A stretch of DNA of 64,000 nucleotides, taken from NCBI GenBank assembly GCA_964583255.1, contig CAZOVY010000004.1:31100-95099 (forward strand). Reading direction: 5' to 3'. Origin of the DNA: an uncultured Brevifollis sp. Lineage in GTDB: Bacteria > Verrucomicrobiota > Verrucomicrobiia > Verrucomicrobiales > Verrucomicrobiaceae. How positions within the stretch are numbered: position 1 is the stretch's first letter; each line of letters opens with the position of its first letter. A program made the translations under genes and the position numbers. Under the pieces are notes generated by a model, which worked only from the letters and a program-made list of their open reading frames with translations, was not told the origin of the DNA and made no database searches. Positions 19,059 to 27,447 of this stretch are shown here, in pieces.

Positions 19059-21473
19059 TCACTCGCGCCGCTTGAGCAGAAAATGCACGAGCAGTGCTAG
19101 GATCAAGGACGCTCCGAATATGATGGCAGACAAATTCGACGGACCTGTCGGAGCAGATTTATTGTCGGATGGACGAGTTGGCTGAACCGCTGAAGAAGAG
19201 GGGGCTGGTACTTTGGGCGCGGATTTAGGTGTGGTCTGCGCTGGCGGCTCTTCTGTTGATGCGTCTAAAATTTTCGAGTCGGCTGGTGGTATGATCGGCG
19301 TCAAGGCTTGGCTCGGTGTCAGCTTTCGGAGCTGCACATTTCGGAAGCGCACCTTTGTGCCGATGGGCAATCTTTGAACAACAAACCCGAACATGCCTGA
19401 TTCATTCTCGATCCCGAGATCATGCAGTGAGTGGTTTTCGATCACGACCGCCTCATTCATGGCCCAAGCGATGTTGCCGCTGGCGATGCGCGCAGTCCAT
19501 GAATTCACTGGCTGCAGAGTGATCGTCTCATCGGCGCTGCCTTGCTCTGGCTTCGTGCGATAAGCCTGAGCGTGCGCCCATCCCGAATGATCCTGCATGG
19601 CCATGAAGCGCACACCGCGCTCAGCCTCATCAAAGGTGCTGGGCAACCAACGCAGAAGATGACCAAAGCCACAACCCTTCGGGGACAGCTCGACCTTTTG
19701 AGGATTCTCAAAAGAGACCTCGCTACGCAGTTCCAAGTCATCGCTAAAAGGCAGATGGAAAATGAGGCTGGCCCAGCGGGTGTCGTCGCCACTGGCGACA
19801 AAGGCATCTCCATCCGCCGACCAGCGTCCGCCGGTTTGGATGAAGCTGGTGAGGTGCTGGCTGGGCGTGATCGACACCCAATCCCCACCCGCAAGTTCTG
19901 CCAGAAAATGTTCACGCTGCTGCGCTTCCTGCACAAAGGCGCGGGCAGGCTTGGAGAGCGTCTGGTCTGCGGAGAGTCGCGTGAGTAAAGCCTCACGGGT
20001 TTCGGGTAAGACACTTCGAGGCAGCGACGACAGTTCACTCACCCCCTCGCCATAGAGTCCGGCTCCAGCAGCGACCTCACCACGGAGTCGCGCCTCAGGC
20101 AGCCGTAGTTCATTCATAAACTCTAAGGTGCAGTGATGAAGGCGTGGTCCGACTTCCTCCAAGGCCCGCGCGGCTAGGGCAGGATCACCCACTAACCAAG
20201 CCGCCATCGCTGCATTTGAAACCCTGAGCTGCCGCAACTGAGAAGGCAGTCCTTTTTCATCAAGATAGCCTTGGATCACAGGCAGCAGATAGGGCCGCAC
20301 GGCTTCACTGCGAAAGACATCAAAAGGCAGCTCTTCCTCGTCTGCCACATCAAGCGCAGCGCAGAACATCTGGGTCGGAACGCCAGTGTCATATCGAGCC
20401 GTGGCAGCACAAGCACGGCCAAAGGCGAGCATCTCCTCATGGCCGCCATGCCAGCGTGGGCGCAGCGCCCAGATCAGACCATTGTAGGCCTGCCGATAGT
20501 CAAACTGGGCACTCACCGCACGATCAAACCAGACGCGTAAATCCGCGACGTCATCACTTTCTCCCATGACCACGGTGATCATCATCGTGGCGGCTTCTGG
20601 TCGGTCTGGGCGTGATTCCCAGGCCTTTTGCAAATGAACACGGGCGCTTTTCAGATGGCCGCTAAATCCCTCCCACTGCTCGTCTTTGACCTTGTAGGCC
20701 CAGTCGTCTGAGCGCTCTAGCCATGCGAGTTCAATGTCCCCAAAACCAAGCAGTGTTTCTTTGACCCAAGGTGCCCATTGGCTGGCGGCGATAGCTTCCT
20801 GCCAGCGAGTGAGATACGAAGGCATCGTGACCTCCACGAGATCGAGCACGATCATCTGATGACGCACGAAAACTGCTGCCTCCTCCGGCAGGTAACTGCC
20901 GTCATCCACCGCCCGGATCATGAGATCCACCAACTCTCCACGGACATAGCGGTACTCAGCACCTTGCGTCATGAGCTGTGGGATCTGGTCACGCAAAGCC
21001 AGGGCTCGTAGCGCGGTGGACAGGTCCGGCTGACTGAGCAGACGCTCCAACATCTGGCGGCTAGCGCGCCAGTCCAGATTCTCCGCGTGAAATGCCTGAG
21101 CTCCCAAAAGCAGCAGGAGGGGATCGTCTGGAGCTGACTTTAGGATCTGCCTGAAATCATCCACCAACGGCCCGAGCTTCGCCTCAAACAGGCTAGTCTG
21201 GGCACGTAAATCTAAGGCCGCACCAACGATAGCCACCGCCTTCTCAGCCCAGGGTTGGCCGCGCCAGCGCTCTTGGGCTGGCTTCAAAAGAGCACGCACG
21301 GCCCAGGCTCGCTCCTCGGCCAGCCAGTCCTTCTCCAGGAACGCGCCTTTCATCTGCGGGATGGGTGCCGCTTCCAGCAGTTTTTGCTCAGGTGGACGGA
21401 GTGGCAATGCTTCGAGCGGTGAAATGAGGCAGCCGCCAATCAAGAGAGACCATTTCCAAAATGAAGACGTCAT
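19059..21473 (-). CDS. DUF4034-like helical protein with signal peptide, beta-rich C-domain and C-terminal membrane anchor
   Basis: AW..R...WA..V...QW..F and LRPRWHGG.EEM motifs recalled for DUF4034. Pro/Ser linker, TM helix and KRRE tail. Start moved to ATG 21473 because the upstream extension overlaps the opposite gene. Confidence 0.7.
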   Translation of the reverse strand: MTSSFWKWSLLIGGCLISPLEALPLRPPEQKLLEAAPIPQMKGAFLEKDWLAEERAWAVRALLKPAQERWRGQPWAEKAVAIVGAALDLRAQTSLFEAKLGPLVDDFRQILKSAPDDPLLLLLGAQAFHAENLDWRASRQMLERLLSQPDLSTALRALALRDQIPQLMTQGAEYRYVRGELVDLMIRAVDDGSYLPEEAAVFVRHQMIVLDLVEVTMPSYLTRWQEAIAASQWAPWVKETLLGFGDIELAWLERSDDWAYKVKDEQWEGFSGHLKSARVHLQKAWESRPDRPEAATMMITVVMGESDDVADLRVWFDRAVSAQFDYRQAYNGLIWALRPRWHGGHEEMLAFGRACAATARYDTGVPTQMFCAALDVADEEELPFDVFRSEAVRPYLLPVIQGYLDEKGLPSQLRQLRVSNAAMAAWLVGDPALAARALEEVGPRLHHCTLEFMNELRLPEARLRGEVAAGAGLYGEGVSELSSLPRSVLPETREALLTRLSADQTLSKPARAFVQEAQQREHFLAELAGGDWVSITPSQHLTSFIQTGGRWSADGDAFVASGDDTRWASLIFHLPFSDDLELRSEVSFENPQKVELSPKGCGFGHLLRWLPSTFDEAERGVRFMAMQDHSGWAHAQAYRTKPEQGSADETITLQPVNSWTARIASGNIAWAMNEAVVIENHSLHDLGIENESGMFGFVVQRLPIGTKVRFRNVQLRKLTPSQALTPIIPPADSKILDASTEEPPAQTTPKSAPKVPAPSSSAVQPTRPSDNKSAPTGPSNLSAIIFGASLILALLVHFLLKRRE

Positions 21474-21596
21474 AGGTGAGGCGCTCACGCTAGGCCACAC
21501 GCACCCATTCGCAATCACCCCCTGCCATTTATCAGTTGTCCGATCCCTGCCAAAAAATGACCGACTGAAGGCATCAAAGCCTCGCGTTCTTGGAGC

Positions 21597-22886
21597 ATGA
21601 ACCGCCGCTCCTCTCTCAAGACCATCCTCGCCACTGGCATCGCACCTTGGTTTGTCCCCGCTCATGTGCTGCGCTCGCAGACTGCGCCATCGAATAAAAT
21701 CACGCTCGGCGTTATCGGCGTCGGTGCACAGGGCACGGGAGACATGCGGGCTTTCCTGAATCATGACGACGTGCGCGTGGTGGCTCTTTGCGATGTGAAC
21801 CGCAAAAGAATCGAGACTGCGCAAGGCCACATCAAAGAGCGCTACGGCAGTGCCGATGCGAAAGTGTACTCTGACTTCCGCGAACTGAACCGTGACGCCA
21901 GTGTGGATGCCGTGCTCATGGCACTGCCTGTCCACTGGCACAGCATTCCCGCAGCCGATGCGGTCTTGAATGGCAAGCACATCTACCATGAGAAGCCCAT
22001 GGGCATGTCCATCGAAGAGGCGCAACTCGTGCGTGCCGCCGTTCGCAAAAAGGGCGTGGTGTTTCAGTTCGGCACGCAGCAGCGCTCCGATTTGAAATTC
22101 CGGTGGGCCGCGGAGCTCGCGCAGAATGGCCGGCTCGGAAAGCTGAAGGAAATCCAGGTCGGCGTCCCTGGGGGCAAGACGATGCCAGCTTGGACAGAGC
22201 AGCCCGTGCCTGATTTTGTTGATTGGGAGCGCTGGGTGGGGCCCGCGCCGATGACGCCCTTTCATGCTGACAAGCTGCAACGCGACAATCACGAGAACAT
22301 CACCAACTTCTCCCTCGGCATGATCTCATGCTGGGGCATCCATCATCTCGACATCGCTCAGTGGGGCAATGGCACCGATGCCACCGGACCGATTCGGGTC
22401 GAAGGCAGCGCCGAGTATCCGAAAGACGGCGGCTGCGACGCCGTGCTGAGCTGGAAGTTGCGCTTCGAGTATGCCTCAGCCGCGCCGGTCATCTTTGCCA
22501 ATCAAGGTAATGGAATCGGGCACGGTGCCCGCTTCATTGGTGAGAACGGCTGGGTGCATATCGTCCGTGGAGAGGTCAAAGCCAGTGATGACGCCATCCT
22601 CCGCGATCCCCAGAACAAAGTCGGCACCATGCCCATCAAGTTGCAGGCCAGCCTGGAGCACACACGCAACTTTGTGGATGCCATTCAAGGCAAAGACAAA
22701 GCAGTCTGTGGCATCGAAACTTCCGTTCGTAGCGACACTCTGCCGCAGCTAGCCTCTGCCTGTCTGCGTGCCAAACGCCCGCTGACCTGGAATCCTGAAA
22801 CGGAAACCTTCGGTGACGATGCAGAAGCCAACGCCCTCATCGCCCACCGTCCGTTCCGTGGTGACTTGAAACTGCCGGTGATTTAA
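21597..22886 (+). CDS. Tat-exported Gfo/Idh/MocA family oxidoreductase
   Basis: MNRRSSLK twin-arginine signal, GVIGVGAQG, HWH, EKP and WGIHHLD. Confidence 0.93.
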   Translation: MNRRSSLKTILATGIAPWFVPAHVLRSQTAPSNKITLGVIGVGAQGTGDMRAFLNHDDVRVVALCDVNRKRIETAQGHIKERYGSADAKVYSDFRELNRDASVDAVLMALPVHWHSIPAADAVLNGKHIYHEKPMGMSIEEAQLVRAAVRKKGVVFQFGTQQRSDLKFRWAAELAQNGRLGKLKEIQVGVPGGKTMPAWTEQPVPDFVDWERWVGPAPMTPFHADKLQRDNHENITNFSLGMISCWGIHHLDIAQWGNGTDATGPIRVEGSAEYPKDGGCDAVLSWKLRFEYASAAPVIFANQGNGIGHGARFIGENGWVHIVRGEVKASDDAILRDPQNKVGTMPIKLQASLEHTRNFVDAIQGKDKAVCGIETSVRSDTLPQLASACLRAKRPLTWNPETETFGDDAEANALIAHRPFRGDLKLPVI

Positions 22887-23185
22887 CGGCGCGCAGGCGT
22901 GCGCTTGGATTCCTGCTTCTTGAACAGCGGCTCCAGATGCTCGCGAATCCACGTGAAGGCCGCGTCCAATCCCTCGCGCTCATAAACCATGCCGATGTCC
23001 GCCTCGACCTTCGTCGGATTGCCGAAGCAATTGAGGAACTGATTGCAGGTAAATCGCGTCTTCATCTCGGCATCCACCGCGCCGGTTTCACGCAGCACAT
23101 AACTGCGCACATACAGCTCCAGTACGGCATCGCCAATCCAGGCGTCTTGGCGGAGTTTTTCGAGAGGGTGAGGTGCGTCAGGCAT
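22883..23185 (-). CDS. Minimal ribonuclease III-domain protein
   Basis: AWIGDAVLELYVR and VEADIGMVY match the two RNase III catalytic segments. No dsRBD. Confidence 0.75.
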   Translation of the reverse strand: MPDAPHPLEKLRQDAWIGDAVLELYVRSYVLRETGAVDAEMKTRFTCNQFLNCFGNPTKVEADIGMVYEREGLDAAFTWIREHLEPLFKKQESKRTPARR

Positions 23186-23226
23186 CCTGCCAGAGTGCCC
23201 GAGGCCTTTGCCGTGCCAAGCACGAA

Positions 23227-24552
23227 TTAACGCGGCGTGAGAATGATGGCGTAATCGTCAGCCGAGAGGATGTGATTCGACTGCTCGGCGATGTAGCGCA
23301 CAGCTTCCCAGAGAGACACGTCTTTGAGATCGAGGGTGATCAATGACTTGGGATCACCGCCGGGTTTAAGGATAAGATTCGTCATGGCAGATGGCTCTTC
23401 ATCTTCAAAAAGGTGCTGTAATCCGTGTCGTATACTTTCAAGTGCCTCATCCAAAGTGGCAGATTGGAACTGCAAATGAGGAAGGATGACTTTCTTTGCT
23501 AACTCGACGGCCTTGCCGTTGATTGGAGTTGCTGGATTGGTTGCTGAGTCGTTGGAGTGGGACAGAAAAACGACACCAGCCTCCTTGATCATGTAGCTCA
23601 ACCCAGCGAGATCAGCGGTGTACTTCACCACTTGGCTCAGTGGCACGTTTTTGAGATCCAAGCTAATCACTGCCGTGGAAGCAGCGGCACCCTGTAAAAT
23701 AAAATTCACGCCACGCTGAACTTCATTCGGTTCGCTGGTGTCGAGCTGTCTCGACTTCACTCTCAAGAACTCCAGCGCCTCCTCCATCGTCGCGCCGCTG
23801 AACTGCACGTTGGGGAAGATGAGGCTCTTGAGCTTCTTAGCGATCCGGCCTTCGGCTGCCGTCTCGCTCGGTGGCGTGCCGTCGCCCTTCCCGCTGATCA
23901 GGTTTGGCCTTATGGCATAGAGCTTTCGTTCTTCTTTGTTCCAGAGCACCAGCGTGTGACCCAGTGGCACCTCGACGGAGGATTTAAACGCCCAGCTCTT
24001 CGTGATGGGCATGGGACCACTCGGAGTCTTGTCTTCACCGATGATGTGAGAGTCGTTGAGGTCTATCTCGAGTTGCACCTTTCCGTCTAGATGTGTCGGC
24101 GTGATGCCGAGCACGATTCCGATGGGTAGATAACTCACCCCACTGCTCTGCTTGGCATCTGGAATCGGCTGATTCACCACGCTGCGAATGGATACTTCCT
24201 GTGCGTTGCGAGTCACCATGCGGGGATAGCTGGTCTTCGTGGAAGGCAAATCTCTGAGCAGCTCTTCATAGGCTACGTTTGAGATCGTGCGGGCTTCGCT
24301 CTCGCCTTCGAGCCATGACATAAGGTCATCACTGAGGCCGCTGACTTTCTTCGAAACATTTGTGAAGGTGATTTCCATTCCGATCAATCTTCCGGCCTCG
24401 CTTTCGGGGGCTGTTTTTTCTGCCCGAGTTTCTCCGGGCAGGGACAGCAGCAGCATCAAGCTGACAGCGACCGCTGCCACACCTCGACTCGCACGTCCCC
24501 AGAGCGCTTGCACGACTGACCATTCGGATTCGGAGATGTCGGGAGTGGGCAT
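23227..24552 (-). CDS. Secretin-like domain plus two STN-like domains; N-terminus resembles a BlaI/MecI/CopY fragment (probable deletion fusion)
   Basis: YPRMVTRNAQEVSI..GIVLGITP (secretin-like) and two F..ATL.EALE...LDLK.V.L repeats. N-terminus is MPTPDISESEWSVVQALW. Confidence 0.65.
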   Translation of the reverse strand: MPTPDISESEWSVVQALWGRASRGVAAVAVSLMLLLSLPGETRAEKTAPESEAGRLIGMEITFTNVSKKVSGLSDDLMSWLEGESEARTISNVAYEELLRDLPSTKTSYPRMVTRNAQEVSIRSVVNQPIPDAKQSSGVSYLPIGIVLGITPTHLDGKVQLEIDLNDSHIIGEDKTPSGPMPITKSWAFKSSVEVPLGHTLVLWNKEERKLYAIRPNLISGKGDGTPPSETAAEGRIAKKLKSLIFPNVQFSGATMEEALEFLRVKSRQLDTSEPNEVQRGVNFILQGAAASTAVISLDLKNVPLSQVVKYTADLAGLSYMIKEAGVVFLSHSNDSATNPATPINGKAVELAKKVILPHLQFQSATLDEALESIRHGLQHLFEDEEPSAMTNLILKPGGDPKSLITLDLKDVSLWEAVRYIAEQSNHILSADDYAIILTPR

Positions 24553-24811
24553 GGTAGTATCTGAATTTGATTTATTACACTACATGTGCCGCGTGATGGT
24601 AACTGTGAATGCGGTGATCGTGAAGATTTTGCGTTCTTCCCATTTCTCCCATGCCTCCCATCCGCCAATGGAAGAAATATGAATCATGGGAAACTACGCT
24701 GGAATATGCGCTGTAACTTTACCTCTAACTTAACGAACTCAGTTTCATCTGAAAGTTTGGCCATGATCGTAACGGATGTGTGGTCGCCACAAACGTAAAC
24801 CCCTCGCGACT

Positions 24812-25435
24812 ATGAAAACCTTCCTGTCTATCTTTGCTGCTATGTCCACTCTGCTCTCCACGACCACCGCTGCTGATCCTGTCCCGACTACGGGCAAAAC
24901 GGAAATCGCCATCATCGGCGGCGGCTGCTTTTGGTGCGTGGAGGCTCAGTATAAAATGCTCAAAGGCGTGAAAAAGGCCATCAGTGGCTATGCCAACGGC
25001 AGCGTGGACAACCCTACTTACAAGCAAGTCTGCGAGGGCGACACGGGACATGCCGAAGTCGTACAGATCGAGTTTGATCCGAGCATCATCACCTACAAAG
25101 ACATCATCGACCTCTTCTGGCTCGCTCATGATCCGACCACACTCAATCAGCAAGGCAACGATGTGGGCACTCAGTACCGCTCAGCGATCTTGTATGTGAA
25201 TGAGGAGCAGAAGAAGATCGCTGAAGCCTCACTAGCAGAAGCTCAGAAAGATCAGACTGGCAAGATCGTCACCGAGATTGCCGCATTGAAAAAATTCTAC
25301 CCTGCTGAGGACTACCACCAAGAGTACTTCGCCAACAATCCAAACGCCGGTTATTGCCGCGCGATCGTCGGCCCGAAAGTGGCAAAGTTCCGCCACAAGC
25401 TCGAAGAAAAACAGAAGCTCAAAGAGTCCAAGTAA
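24812..25435 (+). CDS. msrA: Peptide-methionine (S)-S-oxide reductase with signal peptide
   Basis: GGCFWCVE, TGHAEVV, HDPT, QGND.GTQYRS, AEDYHQ and GYC. Confidence 0.96.
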   Translation: MKTFLSIFAAMSTLLSTTTAADPVPTTGKTEIAIIGGGCFWCVEAQYKMLKGVKKAISGYANGSVDNPTYKQVCEGDTGHAEVVQIEFDPSIITYKDIIDLFWLAHDPTTLNQQGNDVGTQYRSAILYVNEEQKKIAEASLAEAQKDQTGKIVTEIAALKKFYPAEDYHQEYFANNPNAGYCRAIVGPKVAKFRHKLEEKQKLKESK

Positions 25436-25479
25436 TCACGCTCGAAGCCCCGCTGTTACACGGGGACTTCCAGGCGGGA

Positions 25480-26625
25480 CTACCACGAACTGAGATCGTC
25501 ATGAAGACGCTCCATGGCTCGCGAGTGGAGTGCCCGCTCAGGTAGATCAGGGCAGCCAAAGGGGACGATCTCGACCTTGTTATAGCGCAGCGCTGTGATG
25601 CCACTGATGCCATTCGGGTCGAGCAATGCCTTCCAGGCTTCTTCAGCAAAGCGGGCGGCCAAGATGCAGTCTCCAGGGGTTGAATGACCACCTCGCTGGA
25701 GATGGCCGAGCACCGATGGACGCACTTCTAAATCTTGGAAGGGTGCGCCCTCACGCTGAAAGTATTTTTGAAAAGCGTCCCGCAAAACATAGGCGCCGTT
25801 GCGGCTCTGCTCGGGTTCAAATTTCACGCCTTCAGCGATGAGCACAATGGCATGACCACGGCCACGAGTCATCGCGCCTTCGATCTGCTCTGCTAGGGCT
25901 CTCATGCTGGCTTCAGTCAATGAGCCACCTTCAGGAGTGATCACCATTTCAGCACCCGAAGCTAGGGCGGCCATGCGCGCGAGATCACCGCTCTCACGCC
26001 CCATCGTTTCTAAAACCATAACGCGCCGGTGACTGCGTGCTGTGTCGATGAAGTGATCCACAGCCCACACAAGCGTGTGAACAGCGGTGTCCACACCCAG
26101 TGCCATTTCGGTGAACTTGAGATCGTTATCAATCGTCGCTGGGATGCCTATGATGCGGAGATCACTTTCATCAGCGAGCAAGCGAGCGCCTGTGAGGGAC
26201 CCATCACCACCGCAGATGACCAGAGCGCGCACGCCGAGCTTTTCGAGCAGGGTGATCACCTCACGCCGCACTTCAGGCTTATGGAAATCAAGGCAACGCG
26301 CGGAGCCGAGGATGGTGCCGCCCTTCCCCATGATGCCGCTGACACTGGCGTGGTCCATTTGGATGATGCACTGCTGCGCGTCGATCAGGCCGCGATTGCC
26401 AGCATTGCGGCCGATTTCTTGTTTCATCCGCACGAGAGATTCGGAGTCATTATTCACCTGCCGTGCTGCACGGACGAGGCCGCGGTAGCCATCGCGGATA
26501 CCATAGACAGGTATCTGGTGTCGGTTGAGTCCCAGGCGCACGATCGCGCGCAGGAAGGCATTCATACCTGGGGCATCGCCGCCACTGCAAAGGACGGCCA
26601 CGGGGCTTTCGGGGGAGAGGGTCAT
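25480..26625 (-). CDS. pfkA: ATP-dependent 6-phosphofructokinase
   Basis: SGGDAPGMNA, GGDGS, TIDND, MGR and LGHLQRGG. Confidence 0.93.
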   Translation of the reverse strand: MTLSPESPVAVLCSGGDAPGMNAFLRAIVRLGLNRHQIPVYGIRDGYRGLVRAARQVNNDSESLVRMKQEIGRNAGNRGLIDAQQCIIQMDHASVSGIMGKGGTILGSARCLDFHKPEVRREVITLLEKLGVRALVICGGDGSLTGARLLADESDLRIIGIPATIDNDLKFTEMALGVDTAVHTLVWAVDHFIDTARSHRRVMVLETMGRESGDLARMAALASGAEMVITPEGGSLTEASMRALAEQIEGAMTRGRGHAIVLIAEGVKFEPEQSRNGAYVLRDAFQKYFQREGAPFQDLEVRPSVLGHLQRGGHSTPGDCILAARFAEEAWKALLDPNGISGITALRYNKVEIVPFGCPDLPERALHSRAMERLHDDLSSW

Positions 26626-26880
26626 GGTTCGGGGGGGCCGCAGGCCGACTTGCGCCGGGTAGCGGGGTGCCAGACATAGCGTGACATGTGCTGGTGGCAA
26701 GACAAGCATTTGGCCCGCTCACGAGCTGGACCTGCCCGCTCCAAATAGCGACAAGACACTTCCACAAGGGTGCATCACCGGAGTCATGTGGACGAGTGTG
26801 GCGCTAGCCTGCTCGTCTGTGTGCGGCGCGCCATAGGCTAGGAAACCAGGCAGCCGGGCGGCGGGTGCAATTCGGGATTC

Positions 26881-27339
26881 TCAGCGCGTGGTGCCGATCA
26901 CGGGCATCATCGCCTGACGCGACATGAAACCGCGACCGACAAATGGCGGCACGGAATTAAAGGCGACGCGGCGGGTATTATAGAAATCCATCAGCCGTGC
27001 GCGCGTGCTGATCAATCGCGCTCGCAGTTCCGCATGGGCGGCGTCCGTTGGCAGTTGTTTGATGCTGTGATTCAGATGCTTGAGCGCAGGCACCACGGAG
27101 ACGTAGCGATGCTGCGGATACTTTGCCGCCAGTACCTGCTGTGGCTGGCCATAGTGAACGACGATCGGAGTCCCATCTCCGCCTGCGCCCAGCAGCGGTG
27201 CGGCGATGTTCTCGGGACCAAAGTCGCTCGATGGCATGATCAGCACTTTGTTCAGCAGCGGCTGAAATTTAAAACCACCCGAGCAGGCGGTGAGAAGAGT
27301 GGTCAGGAGAACAACGGTCAAAGTGGCGAGGCGCATCAT
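26881..27339 (-). CDS. Hypothetical lipoprotein
   Basis: Lipobox LTAC after a hydrophobic stretch. Confidence 0.7.
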   Translation of the reverse strand: MMRLATLTVVLLTTLLTACSGGFKFQPLLNKVLIMPSSDFGPENIAAPLLGAGGDGTPIVVHYGQPQQVLAAKYPQHRYVSVVPALKHLNHSIKQLPTDAAHAELRARLISTRARLMDFYNTRRVAFNSVPPFVGRGFMSRQAMMPVIGTTR

Positions 27340-27447
27340 GCTCCGAGACTGGATGGCAGAGGCGATGTCGTCAACTCAGCCTCTTTTGATGGCGAAAGTG
27401 ACCGCAGTCTTGCCCTCATCTCACAGCCGCCTACTCTGGGCCGCTCC

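Noticed and set aside
21474..22292. 5' extension of the 1077-aa ORF
   Set aside because: It overlaps the Gfo/Idh/MocA gene on the other strand. A signal peptide begins at ATG 21473.
26626..26880. GC-rich 250-nt spacer upstream of pfkA as an ncRNA
   Set aside because: No recognisable tRNA, riboswitch or other family motif, and no clear long stem.
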